IMG/VR virus record: IMGVR_UViG_3300032323_002905
Span: 1 to 64,000 of that record
Source: a virus
Reading direction: 5' to 3' (one strand)
DNA: 64,000 nt
The position numbers were made by a program, and so were the translations under genes. Of this stretch, positions 46,448 through 56,354 are shown in pieces. Each line of letters opens with the position of its first letter. Within the stretch, counting starts at the first letter, position 1. A model generated the notes under the pieces. That model was not told the origin of the DNA, ran no database searches, and was given only the letters and a program-made list of their open reading frames with translations.

Positions 46448-46473
46448 AAAAAAAGGACTCGCTATGCGAGTCC
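46448..46473 (-). terminator. Rho-independent terminator after major capsid gene
   Basis: GGACTCGC-ATA-GCGAGTCC followed by T7 on minus strand. Confidence 0.85.
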
Positions 46474-46499
46474 CTTCTTTTTATTCTATTAATTTAGAA

Positions 46500-48176
46500 T
46501 TAGATAGTGTTTAATCCTTGGATGTAGATCTTACCATAAAATTCTGGTCTTAACATTTTCTTAGCGTAACGAGTCAATAGACCTTTACGTGGTGTAAATG
46601 TATCTGGGTCGTACACAAGTGGAGTCATAATTAATGGAACATATGGAGCAAATACAGCACCAGCTTCTAAGAATTGTGAACCTCTGTAACCTAATAACAT
46701 GATGTTTTCAGTCATGTAAGGGTTTTTGTAAACTGTGTAACGGCCATTTAATTGACCTGCTTTTTGTACACCGAAAGCGTATTCCATTTGAGCAGCATCA
46801 CCATTGTTAGTAGAAGCAAATCCTGGGATTGATTCTAATACTGTAGCTACAGTTGGAGATGTAACAATAAAGTTAGCACCACCTCTTAAAGTTAATTGGT
46901 GAATTTTGTTGCTTAATTTTTGGATTTTAGTTCCTAAAGTTTGGAACCATTGGCCTTGTGTGTTGTAGAACGCTGAACCACCAGTTGAGAAAGTACCTGT
47001 ACCTGGATTGTAAACGTTGTTGTTGATTGTTGACCAATATTCAGTACCTGCTGCTGCGTCTTCGATCAACATATCTAAGATTTCAAGGTCAATTTCCATT
47101 GAAATGTACTCAGACATGATGTTTGTTACTTCAGCTTCAGCATCGATATTTTGGTAAGCAGCTAAATCTTGTGAGAATTCAGGTGTCCATACTGCTTTCA
47201 ATTTCTTGGTTTTAGCAGTGATGGCTTGTGATTGCATTTTCACGTTGATCTCAGGGATAACGATAGTAGTGTTTGATGCCGCGTTTGGAACTGCGAATGA
47301 AGACGAATCTTCAAAATCACCTACATTATACGGACTCATTTGAGTAGCTTTGTTATACTCAATTGTATAAGCACCTGCTGGAGCGATTGTAGCTGTTGAA
47401 GCACTTACAAAGAATGTAATTGTATTGTTAGTGTAATCAAATGTAGTAAATTGTTGTAAGTTGTTAGCAGCTGTAATTGCTGAACCTGACAAGATAATGA
47501 AACCTCTAACAGCATCCATATCAAAGTTAGGGATGTTTGTAGAAGCACTAACTAAAGTAATTGCTTTGATTTGACCTGCAGCAACTGAAGCTGAGTAATC
47601 TGAATCAAAGTTAGTTGTAGCTAATGTACCTGAAACAATAAGTGAACCAGTTTGGATTGTAATAGCTGATGATGAGAATTGGTTGGTAGAGTAAGTAAAA
47701 CGACCTGTTCCGTACAAACCACCTGCTGGAGCTGGAGTAGCAAACGGGAATTCACCTGTTGCGTTTCTGTTACCATACAATGAACCACCTACTGAAAATG
47801 GATCTTTAGCTGTTCCGTATTGGAAATCTAAGAAGAACACAAGACCTGAAGGCATTGACATTGGCTGAACTGAAACAAATTCTTTTGCTGCAATTTGAGC
47901 AAATACTTTACGTACTAAAGGTAAAGCGATACCAGCCCAGTTTTCTGATTGACCAACAGAGAATGAACCTGCTGATGAACCACCACCTGTATCTGATTGT
48001 TCCATAACTAATTGCTTAGCTTGGTTTTCTAATAATAAAGACATGTTGTTTGCCTCTACATTTGTTAAGCCTTCTAATAGACCCGTTTTGTTCCATTTAG
48101 AAGACAATTTAGCTGCATCGCTTTGGAGTGATTTCCAAGGATTAGCTGATTCTAATAATGATTGAATTGTACTCAT
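46500..48176 (-). CDS. gp23: Major capsid protein (T4 gp23-like)
   Basis: KW...GLLEG, LLENQ, LPLVR, VQPM..PSGL.F, AKTKKLKA.WT.E..QDL.A, EID.EI, FAPYVPL, F.PR.G..TRY. Confidence 0.95.
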   Translation of the reverse strand: MSTIQSLLESANPWKSLQSDAAKLSSKWNKTGLLEGLTNVEANNMSLLLENQAKQLVMEQSDTGGGSSAGSFSVGQSENWAGIALPLVRKVFAQIAAKEFVSVQPMSMPSGLVFFLDFQYGTAKDPFSVGGSLYGNRNATGEFPFATPAPAGGLYGTGRFTYSTNQFSSSAITIQTGSLIVSGTLATTNFDSDYSASVAAGQIKAITLVSASTNIPNFDMDAVRGFIILSGSAITAANNLQQFTTFDYTNNTITFFVSASTATIAPAGAYTIEYNKATQMSPYNVGDFEDSSSFAVPNAASNTTIVIPEINVKMQSQAITAKTKKLKAVWTPEFSQDLAAYQNIDAEAEVTNIMSEYISMEIDLEILDMLIEDAAAGTEYWSTINNNVYNPGTGTFSTGGSAFYNTQGQWFQTLGTKIQKLSNKIHQLTLRGGANFIVTSPTVATVLESIPGFASTNNGDAAQMEYAFGVQKAGQLNGRYTVYKNPYMTENIMLLGYRGSQFLEAGAVFAPYVPLIMTPLVYDPDTFTPRKGLLTRYAKKMLRPEFYGKIYIQGLNTI

Positions 48177-48201
48177 TTTTTTAAAATTTTTTTTAAATTG
48201 A

Positions 48202-49272
48202 TTATTTAATAATTCCTGCTATTTTTTGCATTCTTGTGAATGTGTCATTAACTTCTACAATAGATGTTTTTGCTGTTGGCATAATACCTGTTGTTTTAGA
48301 TGCTAAACTAGTTTTTAATGATTCGTTAACATGTGATTTAGAAGTTTCTTTTAAACCTTCTGATAATGTTTCGAATACTAATTTAGTTTCTTTTACTGTT
48401 GATGCTTTATCAAATGCATTTAAAACCTTTACTTTTTGTGATTCGGTTAAGTTTTTAGCTTTGAAAATTTTGTTAGTGTAAAGTAATTTTGCATTTAACA
48501 AATTAACTTCATTGATGTCAGTTCTCATAGTAGCAATAGTTGACATAGCTTCTTCTAACTCTTTTTTAAGTTTAGTTATTTCTTCTTTGTCTTTTTTGTC
48601 TTCTTTGTCACCTTTTTTCTTAGCTTCATCTAATTCGATTTCAGCTAAAATTTCATCAATTGAAATTTCTTCTTCTTCACTTTCCATTTCTTCGCCTTCT
48701 TCTTCACCTTCCATGCCTTCACCAGCTTCTAATTCACCAGCTTCAACCATGTCTTTAATTACGTCCTCAATAAATGATTTTAATTCTTCTTCAGTCATGT
48801 CTTCGATGTTGATTTCTTCTTCAGTTTCAACTTCTTCTTCACCTTCAGCTTCATTAAGATCTTTTTTGTCTTCGTCTTCTTTAGCCTCATTCATGTCTTC
48901 ATCTTTTGATTCTTCCATGTCTGCTTCTAACTCAGCTAATAATTCATCAAGATTAAGTTCATCTAATTCTTCTTCAGCTACATTACCATGAGCTGTTGGA
49001 CCTTTAGGGTCATTAATTAAACCTTCTTCTTCTTTGACTTCTTTGTAGCCCATTAAGTTTTCTTGTTCTTTAGAATACATTTCTTCCATATCTTCCATTT
49101 CTGCTTCTTCCATATCCATTTCTTCCATTTCTGCAAGTTTAGCTGATAGCATAGATTTTAATTGTGGAGTAAAATGTTCTTCAAGAGCAGCTTTTGCGCT
49201 TGCTATTGCTGTTTCTTTAACAACTTTAGCATCTTCGATTGCTTCTTTAAGCAAATCTCTGTTTTTACTCAT
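48202..49272 (-). CDS. Prohead core / scaffolding protein
   Basis: Highly acidic coiled coil between protease and MCP; many L/I-x-E sites; ends FTRMQKIAGIIK; start set to MSKNRDLLKEA. Confidence 0.8.
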   Translation of the reverse strand: MSKNRDLLKEAIEDAKVVKETAIASAKAALEEHFTPQLKSMLSAKLAEMEEMDMEEAEMEDMEEMYSKEQENLMGYKEVKEEEGLINDPKGPTAHGNVAEEELDELNLDELLAELEADMEESKDEDMNEAKEDEDKKDLNEAEGEEEVETEEEINIEDMTEEELKSFIEDVIKDMVEAGELEAGEGMEGEEEGEEMESEEEEISIDEILAEIELDEAKKKGDKEDKKDKEEITKLKKELEEAMSTIATMRTDINEVNLLNAKLLYTNKIFKAKNLTESQKVKVLNAFDKASTVKETKLVFETLSEGLKETSKSHVNESLKTSLASKTTGIMPTAKTSIVEVNDTFTRMQKIAGIIK

Positions 49273-49370
49273 TTGTCCTAAAATTTTGTTTGGGAAATAC
49301 ACTTATTTGAAGTGTAATAGAATTGTTAATTATAGATACTGCAAATGCGATTGCGGGCAGTATATTCTAA

Positions 49371-49379
49371 TATACATAT
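49371..49379 (-). promoter_or_regulatory. Late-type motif variant ATATGTATA
   Basis: One mismatch to ATATTTATA; just downstream of terminator, about 100 nt upstream of scaffold ATG. Confidence 0.4.
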
Positions 49380-49408
49380 GTCCGGATTTTCTTAAAATAC
49401 ACAGAAGT

Positions 49409-49440
49409 AAAAAAGAAATGCCTCTTTTTTAGAGAGGCAT
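49409..49440 (-). terminator. Rho-independent terminator after prohead protease
   Basis: ATGCCTCT...AGAGGCAT then TTCTTTTTT on minus strand. Confidence 0.75.
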
Positions 49441-49473
49441 CGGTCTAATAATACTATTAATAGAGGGGTTTAT

Positions 49474-50079
49474 TTAAAATAAAGGACATGACCCGTTAGC
49501 ACATAAAATATCAGTAATAATTGAATTAATTTTACCATATTGATTTGTACTAGGAATATATGATTCATTTAAGTTAGTTGGTTGCATCCATGAACCTGGG
49601 TTAGAAGGTGTTGAAACAAAATCCCAACATAGTAATTCAAAGTCTTCTTGTACTTCCATTACATTACCTCTTTGTTCTAATGAACCCATTCCTCTTGATG
49701 ATACACCTACTGTGATGCCACTTTCAATTAATGCTTTTAAAATGTTGCCTGATGGAGTAGGTAAAATTTCAATTAAACCCATTACATTATCTCCATCCCA
49801 CCAGCATTTTTTAATATTATGTGAAACATTTTTTAAGTTGATAACTGAAGAATCCGGATGATCTAATTCGCCTAATGCTCTGTTTTCACGAACAGATTCC
49901 ATATAGCGATTCATTTCACGTTCCCATAATTCTTTAGCGTAATATCTACCATTACCGTTTTTTACTTCGGCGGTAGCTAATACACCTTCTACTAATATGT
50001 TACCTCCAGGATTAGTTCCTTCAGTTAACCTAACAGCTTTAGGAGAAAATAATTGTGTTTCAATTAATACTTGTCTCAT
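49474..50079 (-). CDS. gp21: Prohead core protease (T4 gp21-like)
   Basis: KNGNGRYY, ALGELDHP, VSH, TPSG.I, GVSSRGMGS, DFVSTPS. Confidence 0.95.
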   Translation of the reverse strand: MRQVLIETQLFSPKAVRLTEGTNPGGNILVEGVLATAEVKNGNGRYYAKELWEREMNRYMESVRENRALGELDHPDSSVINLKNVSHNIKKCWWDGDNVMGLIEILPTPSGNILKALIESGITVGVSSRGMGSLEQRGNVMEVQEDFELLCWDFVSTPSNPGSWMQPTNLNESYIPSTNQYGKINSIITDILCANGSCPLF

Positions 50080-50083
50080 TATT

Positions 50084-50902
50084 TTATTTTTTATCTAAAT
50101 CACCGTATCCACTTGATTTATATTTACCTTTAGGGGTAATTGTTTCTTTTTCAGTTTTAAATCCTACTCCTTTAGTTCCAAACATAGCATTTTTAGCATA
50201 ATAGTTTATGTCTTTAACCATGTTTTTAAGTACAATTTGTTTTAATTCATCAACTGATTTGTCTTTATTTTTAGGATCTTTCATTTCAGCATAATAACCA
50301 TTTAAGAAAGAGGTACCATAAACATTATCAATATTTTTCTTATCTTCATTATCATATTGATGAGCTAAAGCATCAGCTACTTCTTTAGATGGTTTTTCAA
50401 ACTCATCATAATCACCATATGTTTTTTTCTTTTTAACACCAATAACTTCTGATAAAGTTTCTTCTTTAACTGGTCTTAACAACATTGGTTTAGTTACAAA
50501 TAACTCTCTACCATCTTCTGTTTCGCCTTTAATTTGTTTAATTTTACCATTTACTTTATCAACTAAAGTAATAGTTACTTTATCATCACCTATCATAGCT
50601 TCATCACCAACTTTAACTTTAGAACCAAATGATAAATCACTCATTGGAGTTCCTAATATGTTAGCTTCTTCATTTGTGTTTTCTCTAAATATTTCTAACC
50701 ATGATGGTGATGGTTTATGATTAATAAATCCACCAATACCTTCACTTAAAATACTTTTTGATTTAAGTACTTTAACAGTTGTATTGTAATCAGAATATTG
50801 ATTGATATATTCTGGAAATAAAGTTTTAGCTTGTTTTAAGAAATGATCTTTATTTCCTTTTCCTTCTTTAATAAGAATGTATTGTTCTTGTAATGTTTTC
50901 AT
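50084..50902 (-). CDS. Hypothetical head-associated protein
   Basis: MKTLQEQY..IKEG, ILSEG, VKEETLSE; head gene cluster. Confidence 0.7.
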   Translation of the reverse strand: MKTLQEQYILIKEGKGNKDHFLKQAKTLFPEYINQYSDYNTTVKVLKSKSILSEGIGGFINHKPSPSWLEIFRENTNEEANILGTPMSDLSFGSKVKVGDEAMIGDDKVTITLVDKVNGKIKQIKGETEDGRELFVTKPMLLRPVKEETLSEVIGVKKKKTYGDYDEFEKPSKEVADALAHQYDNEDKKNIDNVYGTSFLNGYYAEMKDPKNKDKSVDELKQIVLKNMVKDINYYAKNAMFGTKGVGFKTEKETITPKGKYKSSGYGDLDKK

Positions 50903-50915
50903 TTATAATGAGTTA

Positions 50916-51179
50916 TTATGTGTAAAATAAAACGTTAGCACTAGCAGCTGCTAATGAAGCACTAGTTACGAATATAGGATAAGTTGCTCCTTCAAGAAAT
51001 CTTAATGTAGCTGGTGAACCAGATATACATAATTCTACTCCATTTGCGTCTTTAAGACCTGTAAAAACAGCATATGATCCTGCTGTGGTTGCTGCTACTG
51101 TGAATCCAGCAAAAGAACCAGTCACTGATTGACCTTGTCTTATAGATACTACTGTTGGGTTTGCGGGTATATTTGCCAT
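50916..51179 (-). CDS. Small virion protein, paralog B (possible decoration protein)
   Basis: 87 aa, closely similar to 51191..51454. Confidence 0.75.
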   Translation of the reverse strand: MANIPANPTVVSIRQGQSVTGSFAGFTVAATTAGSYAVFTGLKDANGVELCISGSPATLRFLEGATYPIFVTSASLAAASANVLFYT

Positions 51180-51190
51180 TATTATAATTT

Positions 51191-51454
51191 TTATGTAAAG
51201 AAAACGACGTTAGCACTTGTAGCATCTAATGAGGCACTAGTAACAAATATTGGATATACAACACCTTCTTTAAGATATAAAGCTGCTGGTGATCCTGAAA
51301 CTACTAACTCTACTCCATTAGCATCTTTAAGACTTGTAAAGTGAATATAATTATTTACAGTATTTGAACATCCAACAAAACCAGCAAATGAGCCTGTTAT
51401 TGTTTGTCCTGCTTGTCTTGATACAGCGGTTGCATTAGCTGGTATATTTGCCAT
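51191..51454 (-). CDS. Small virion protein, paralog A (possible decoration protein)
   Basis: 87 aa; MANIPAN, TGSFAGF, LKDANGVEL, YPIFVTSASL shared with neighbour. Confidence 0.75.
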   Translation of the reverse strand: MANIPANATAVSRQAGQTITGSFAGFVGCSNTVNNYIHFTSLKDANGVELVVSGSPAALYLKEGVVYPIFVTSASLDATSANVVFFT

Positions 51455-51455
51455 A

Positions 51456-51989
51456 TTAGTTTTTAAATAAGCTTATTAAGTCGTTTAAATAATCGTTTGC
51501 TAAATCAGTACCATATAACACACTAAAATTAGGTTTATTTTTATAATAATCTAATGTTCTTTGTTTTGCGTTTTGTAATAATGGTAATAATTCGTTTAAT
51601 TTTTGTTCTAAAGTATCAAATCCTTCTAATCTAGATTTGATAAATGTTTTTAATTCTGGTTTATCTATGTTTAAAGAATCAATATAAGCGTCAACATCTA
51701 ATTGTGCTTCGTTTACATTCTCTTTCCACATTTGTTTAACTATAATTCCTTTTGCCTGTTTATTCAGTTTTTTTTGATTAACAGGTTTGTAACCTAGTTT
51801 ATAATAATAATTATTTGTTGTACCTTTAGAATTAGTATTTTTTTTATAAGCAGCATCTGTTCCTGCTTTTGTTGCTGTTTGTGGCCCTTCACCTGGACTA
51901 AAAGCTCCAGCTGATGCTCCACCTCCTGTACCTGATTCTTCAGATATTTTTTTTAATGTATCTTTAATAATACTTTTTAACTTATCCAT
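51456..51989 (-). CDS. Hypothetical head-associated protein
   Basis: MDKLKSIIKDTLKKISEES leader, VNEA site. Confidence 0.7.
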   Translation of the reverse strand: MDKLKSIIKDTLKKISEESGTGGGASAGAFSPGEGPQTATKAGTDAAYKKNTNSKGTTNNYYYKLGYKPVNQKKLNKQAKGIIVKQMWKENVNEAQLDVDAYIDSLNIDKPELKTFIKSRLEGFDTLEQKLNELLPLLQNAKQRTLDYYKNKPNFSVLYGTDLANDYLNDLISLFKN

Positions 51990-52836
51990 TTACTTTACGT
52001 AATTCTTCTAATAATTCATAGTAATGAAGTAAATTAGTCATATCATCATTACTAATTTTATCATTTTTATCTAATGTAACTAAAATATTAGACACCTCAT
52101 TAATTTTAATTTGAGTTGTCTTGTCTTTAACTTTTTTATTTAATTTAGTTAAGTCAGATTTAATTTCTGTTATTTTAGTATTGTAAAAATCTTTTAATTT
52201 AGATGGATTATCAACACTGTTGATAAATTCTTTTAATACTGATTTTTGTCCTTCATTTAAATTAGCATATTTAGAATTAAATTTTTCTAATAATGATCTA
52301 TAAGTTAACATACGAATATCTTTATCGTATGACTTAAATTCTTCCATTAATGTATCTTTAGCAACTGTTGTAATTGGTGCTGAAGTTAGATATTCTAATA
52401 TAATTAATTTATTTGAGATTACTTGATTGGGTTCTGGTTGGTTAACACCATCATACATTTCTAATAATGTATAGAACGCGGCTTGGGTTTTGTAGTTAGG
52501 TAATTTAGTTTTGAAAAATTCATCAACATCATAATTTGCTTTAATTTCTTTAATTAAATTATATTTTTGACGACGTAATGCTGATTTGTTTAAGTATTTA
52601 GCACTTTCTAATAAAGTATTGATAATAATATCAGCTTTACCTTCGCTTAACTTAATGTTGTTTAACAATGTTTCGTATAACTTATACTCTTTTCCTAACT
52701 CTGTTTTAACAAAGTGTTTTTTTAAAATAGTTGCTGCCTTTGAGTCTACACCTGACAATGTATCAGACGTAATTTGTCTGACTAAAAGTTCAAATAAAAT
52801 GCCAGTATTCTTGTATTTTGAATGTTTAACAATCAT
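51982..52836 (-). CDS. Hypothetical helical protein downstream of portal (prohead core-like)
   Basis: 284 aa, MIVKHSKYKNTGILFELLVRQI; LSE, LLE, LMEE, LNE sites. Confidence 0.7.
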   Translation of the reverse strand: MIVKHSKYKNTGILFELLVRQITSDTLSGVDSKAATILKKHFVKTELGKEYKLYETLLNNIKLSEGKADIIINTLLESAKYLNKSALRRQKYNLIKEIKANYDVDEFFKTKLPNYKTQAAFYTLLEMYDGVNQPEPNQVISNKLIILEYLTSAPITTVAKDTLMEEFKSYDKDIRMLTYRSLLEKFNSKYANLNEGQKSVLKEFINSVDNPSKLKDFYNTKITEIKSDLTKLNKKVKDKTTQIKINEVSNILVTLDKNDKISNDDMTNLLHYYELLEELRKVNG

Positions 52837-52852
52837 TCCTAAAGTGTTTTAT

Positions 52853-52861
52853 TATAAATAT
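52853..52861 (-). promoter_or_regulatory. Late-type motif ATATTTATA
   Basis: 16 nt upstream of ATG 52836. Confidence 0.55.
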
Positions 52862-52871
52862 ATAAGGATTA

Positions 52872-54749
52872 TTACTCTCTAATTTGGGATTCATCTAATA
52901 GCGAATCTCCTGGTTTTTCTTGACTAAATACTAATTTTTTATCAACTTGTTCAAACAAACGTTTATTTCTTGCAAAAGCTGATTTAGCGTTTTCTAAAGC
53001 AAACGGTTTAGATGTTGACTTACCATATCCTGGTTGGTCATCAGATTTCATATCTTTAACACCTAATCTATCACGACCTAACGCGCTGTCTTGTGTATTA
53101 ATATTAGATACTTTTTCTTTTGGACGACCTAATTGTGTGTCATTATTATATCCTGGTGGCAATTCACCTTCTGGTCCACCGTTTTTACTATATAAACTAG
53201 CTAAATCATGTGGTGTACCGTATGATTTACCTGTTTCTACTGGATCATTACCTTCTTCTCTAATTTGAGCGATTCTAAATTCACGTTTTGCATCTTCAAT
53301 CATCATATCTCTATATTCATCATATGAATCTTCAGAGAATCTGAATACATTGTCATAAACCCAATCAGTAGGCATTAATTTAGTTTCAATAATATTTTTA
53401 GCTAAATCAACTTTTTCCTTCATTAACATGATACGTTCTTGATCGTATATAATAGACGGTGTAGTTAATGATAACTCAAAGTTAGTTAATTCTTCGTTAG
53501 TATAACCTTGAACATATAAATGTACTAATGCAATTTTATATAATTCTGATAATGTAATACGTTGAATACGATCAATTGTACGAGCAAAACGAATATCTTC
53601 TGCTGCTAATGTTGCTTTACCTTGTAAGTCTTTATCATAACCTAAAAATGCTTTAGGTACTTTTAATGCTGCAAATAACTTATCTCTTAAATATGCGACA
53701 TCTTGAATACCATCATAATCTAAACCTTTAGTATTTTCAATACGTGTTGCTTGGTCATTACCTCTTACTGGAATGTAAAAATCTTCTAGTAAGTTTTGCA
53801 TGTTATATTTAACATTATATTCACCTGTCTTTTGATCCATTAACGGAGTACGTTTCATTGAACTAATAGTTTTCTGCATAAATGCTTCAACTTCATTAGG
53901 TGGAATAGAACCAACATTAATAAAGAAAGTACGTTTTTCTGGTGAACGAACTACACGATGGATTAACATCGCATCTTCCATTAAAGCGTATTGTTTATAT
54001 AAACGACGAGCTGGTTCTAGATAAGATCTACCATATGGTAAATAGTTAACATCTGTAATTAATCTAAAGTGAGCCACCTCATAATTTTCAAAGAAAATAC
54101 CTGGTTCGTTTTGACGACCTAAATTAGGTGTGTTATAATAACCATCACCTGATAAAAATCCTTCTGGTCTAAATTGGAAACGAACTGAAGCTGGTTTGTC
54201 TTTATCATAATTTTCTTGTCTTTCAATATGATATGCTGTATATGGAATAACATTATATACACCAAATTTTTCAGCGATTTCTAATCTTAAGAAAAAGTCA
54301 CCATATTTACACATTTGACGAATCCAAGACCATAAATTAAATTCAATGTTTAATACATCATAAAATAAATTATATAAAATTCTTTGAATATTTTCGTCTG
54401 ATGAACGAATAGATAATACTTCACCCATATCATCTTTTAATGTAGATTCATCAGCTACAATATCTAATGCTGAACCCACAATTGCATCCTGATCCATGAT
54501 ATCATAGTCTGAATATAATTGGGTACGTAAGTATTGGTAATTTAAATTTAATTGTTGTCCATAAAGTGATGATGCATTAGTTGAATAAATTCTATTGTAT
54601 CTATCCATTAATGAGTTAGTAGCGATATCACCAGTTTGTTGAATGGTGTTAACGTCCATCACTTTTAATTGATTACCACCCTGATTTCTCATCACTACAT
54701 CAGTAGAGAACAGTCGTTGTAATCGTGAAAATAAGCCTTTGTCTGCCAT
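52872..54749 (-). CDS. gp20: Portal protein (T4 gp20-like)
   Basis: ALDIVADE, LMEDAMLIHRVVRSPEKRTF.I.VG, EDFYIPVRG, DV.YL..KL..ALKVP, FA..I.RIQ. Confidence 0.95.
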   Translation of the reverse strand: MADKGLFSRLQRLFSTDVVMRNQGGNQLKVMDVNTIQQTGDIATNSLMDRYNRIYSTNASSLYGQQLNLNYQYLRTQLYSDYDIMDQDAIVGSALDIVADESTLKDDMGEVLSIRSSDENIQRILYNLFYDVLNIEFNLWSWIRQMCKYGDFFLRLEIAEKFGVYNVIPYTAYHIERQENYDKDKPASVRFQFRPEGFLSGDGYYNTPNLGRQNEPGIFFENYEVAHFRLITDVNYLPYGRSYLEPARRLYKQYALMEDAMLIHRVVRSPEKRTFFINVGSIPPNEVEAFMQKTISSMKRTPLMDQKTGEYNVKYNMQNLLEDFYIPVRGNDQATRIENTKGLDYDGIQDVAYLRDKLFAALKVPKAFLGYDKDLQGKATLAAEDIRFARTIDRIQRITLSELYKIALVHLYVQGYTNEELTNFELSLTTPSIIYDQERIMLMKEKVDLAKNIIETKLMPTDWVYDNVFRFSEDSYDEYRDMMIEDAKREFRIAQIREEGNDPVETGKSYGTPHDLASLYSKNGGPEGELPPGYNNDTQLGRPKEKVSNINTQDSALGRDRLGVKDMKSDDQPGYGKSTSKPFALENAKSAFARNKRLFEQVDKKLVFSQEKPGDSLLDESQIRE

Positions 54750-54768
54750 TTTATTATATGTTATTAAT

Positions 54769-54777
54769 TATAAATAT
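54769..54777 (-). promoter_or_regulatory. Late-type motif ATATTTATA
   Basis: Overlaps terminase stop, 19 nt upstream of portal ATG. Confidence 0.55.
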
Positions 54778-56354
54778 TATCGTATTAACCAACTAATATC
54801 TTCGTTTCCACCCATTCCGTTTTGTATACTATATGGGTTAGGAACACTAGAACCATAAGCACCTGTAAATCCTGTTCTGTTAACAGTCATATTACTTAAT
54901 GTAGCTCTAGACATTTCTAGATTTTGTGATTTAAATCTTAATGATGTATCTCTTAAATACATTCCAATTGCAAAACTCATAATTAAGTCGTCATTGTATC
55001 CTGATTGTGCTTCAGCACGACCATTTTTCCAAATGAATACTTTCATTTCTTCTAGTAAACGTTTAGATTGAATAACAACACTTTTATCGCCTATGTACTC
55101 TCTAAATTTATTAATTACTAAAGGACGAGTTTTCATTGATGTTGTAAAACCAGGTACTAATTTTGAATTGTCCATATACTGGTCAAAATAAGCATCTGAA
55201 TTATTTCCGGCTTCACTTTTAGGTGAGTAATATAAATTTTTATATCCACGTTCTTGAATTGCATCTAATGCTGACCAACCAATATTAGCATTTTCTACTA
55301 CTAATAAGGCTTGATTATATTCTGTGGCTAAACCAACTAAGAAAAATCCGAATTCTTTAGGTGGTAATTGACCTTTATATTCTGCAACTTGTGTATTTGA
55401 TTCAATATGAATAACATGAGCTGCTGAGAAATCCTTGCCGTCACCTCGCGCTACATCGGCTATAACCATATATGATTGAGTATAGTCCGCCGGTTCCCAT
55501 ATCCATAAGTTACGGTCAACTCCACGGCGTTCTAGCGGTTCTTTTATTGTAGTTTGAGATATAAATTCAATCCATTCTGAATAGAATACTGTATCACCTG
55601 ATGTACTAAAATCGCAATCACACTCTTGTGCTGCTAATCTAGGATCACCTAATAAATCATCTTGTCGTTTTCTCCATGCTTCATTTCTTTCAGGATGGAC
55701 ATACCAAGGTAATTTAATAGGCAAGAAATCATTTTGATTAGCTTCAGCCTTAACCCATGTTTGATGAAACCAGTTACCCGTACCATAAGGAGTAGATAAT
55801 ACAATAGCACCACCACCCGTAGCTAAGGTTTGTTGAGCAGAAGCCCAAATTGTATCAATACCGTCAATAAAAGCAGCCTCGTCAATTAATAGCAAAGATA
55901 CTGCTTCAGATCTACCAGCATCACCTGCTGCTGATACTGCTTTGATCTGAGATCCGTTATTTAATCGTAATGTAAGTTTATTATTTTCTTCAGCATTTAC
56001 TTTTAACCATGATGGTAAATTTTCATACATGAATTTTACCTTAGTTACCATGTTTTTAGCGGTTTCTTGCTTTGTAGCGATACATAACACGTTTTTATCT
56101 TTATGGAATAACATTAACCATAAAGAATAACCAGCTGATAGTGTTGAAATACCTAATTGTCTTGATTTAAGTACTATACTGTATGGATTATCTTTCCATA
56201 AATTTAATACTTTATCCTGGAATGGATATAGATTGAATATGATTCTTCCTCTTTGAGGATGTTGAATATGACAGTATTTCTTCATAAAATGAGCCGGATC
56301 AGAGGCACATTTTACATATTCCTGTCTTATAACTTCACGTAAGTCTTGACTCAT
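54777..56354 (-). CDS. gp17: Terminase large subunit (T4 gp17-like)
   Basis: LYPFQ, KSRQLGIST (Walker A), LIDEAAF (Walker B), STPYG, ADVARG.G.D.S, NDDL. Confidence 0.95.
   Translation of the reverse strand: MSQDLREVIRQEYVKCASDPAHFMKKYCHIQHPQRGRIIFNLYPFQDKVLNLWKDNPYSIVLKSRQLGISTLSAGYSLWLMLFHKDKNVLCIATKQETAKNMVTKVKFMYENLPSWLKVNAEENNKLTLRLNNGSQIKAVSAAGDAGRSEAVSLLLIDEAAFIDGIDTIWASAQQTLATGGGAIVLSTPYGTGNWFHQTWVKAEANQNDFLPIKLPWYVHPERNEAWRKRQDDLLGDPRLAAQECDCDFSTSGDTVFYSEWIEFISQTTIKEPLERRGVDRNLWIWEPADYTQSYMVIADVARGDGKDFSAAHVIHIESNTQVAEYKGQLPPKEFGFFLVGLATEYNQALLVVENANIGWSALDAIQERGYKNLYYSPKSEAGNNSDAYFDQYMDNSKLVPGFTTSMKTRPLVINKFREYIGDKSVVIQSKRLLEEMKVFIWKNGRAEAQSGYNDDLIMSFAIGMYLRDTSLRFKSQNLEMSRATLSNMTVNRTGFTGAYGSSVPNPYSIQNGMGGNEDISWLIR

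Noticed and set aside
20100-54777. Reading plus-strand TATAAATA as genuine T4 late promoters firing rightwards
   Set aside because: They would transcribe antisense into the 3' ends of upstream genes; consistent spacing to minus-strand ATGs favours a minus-strand role, though antisense activity cannot be excluded
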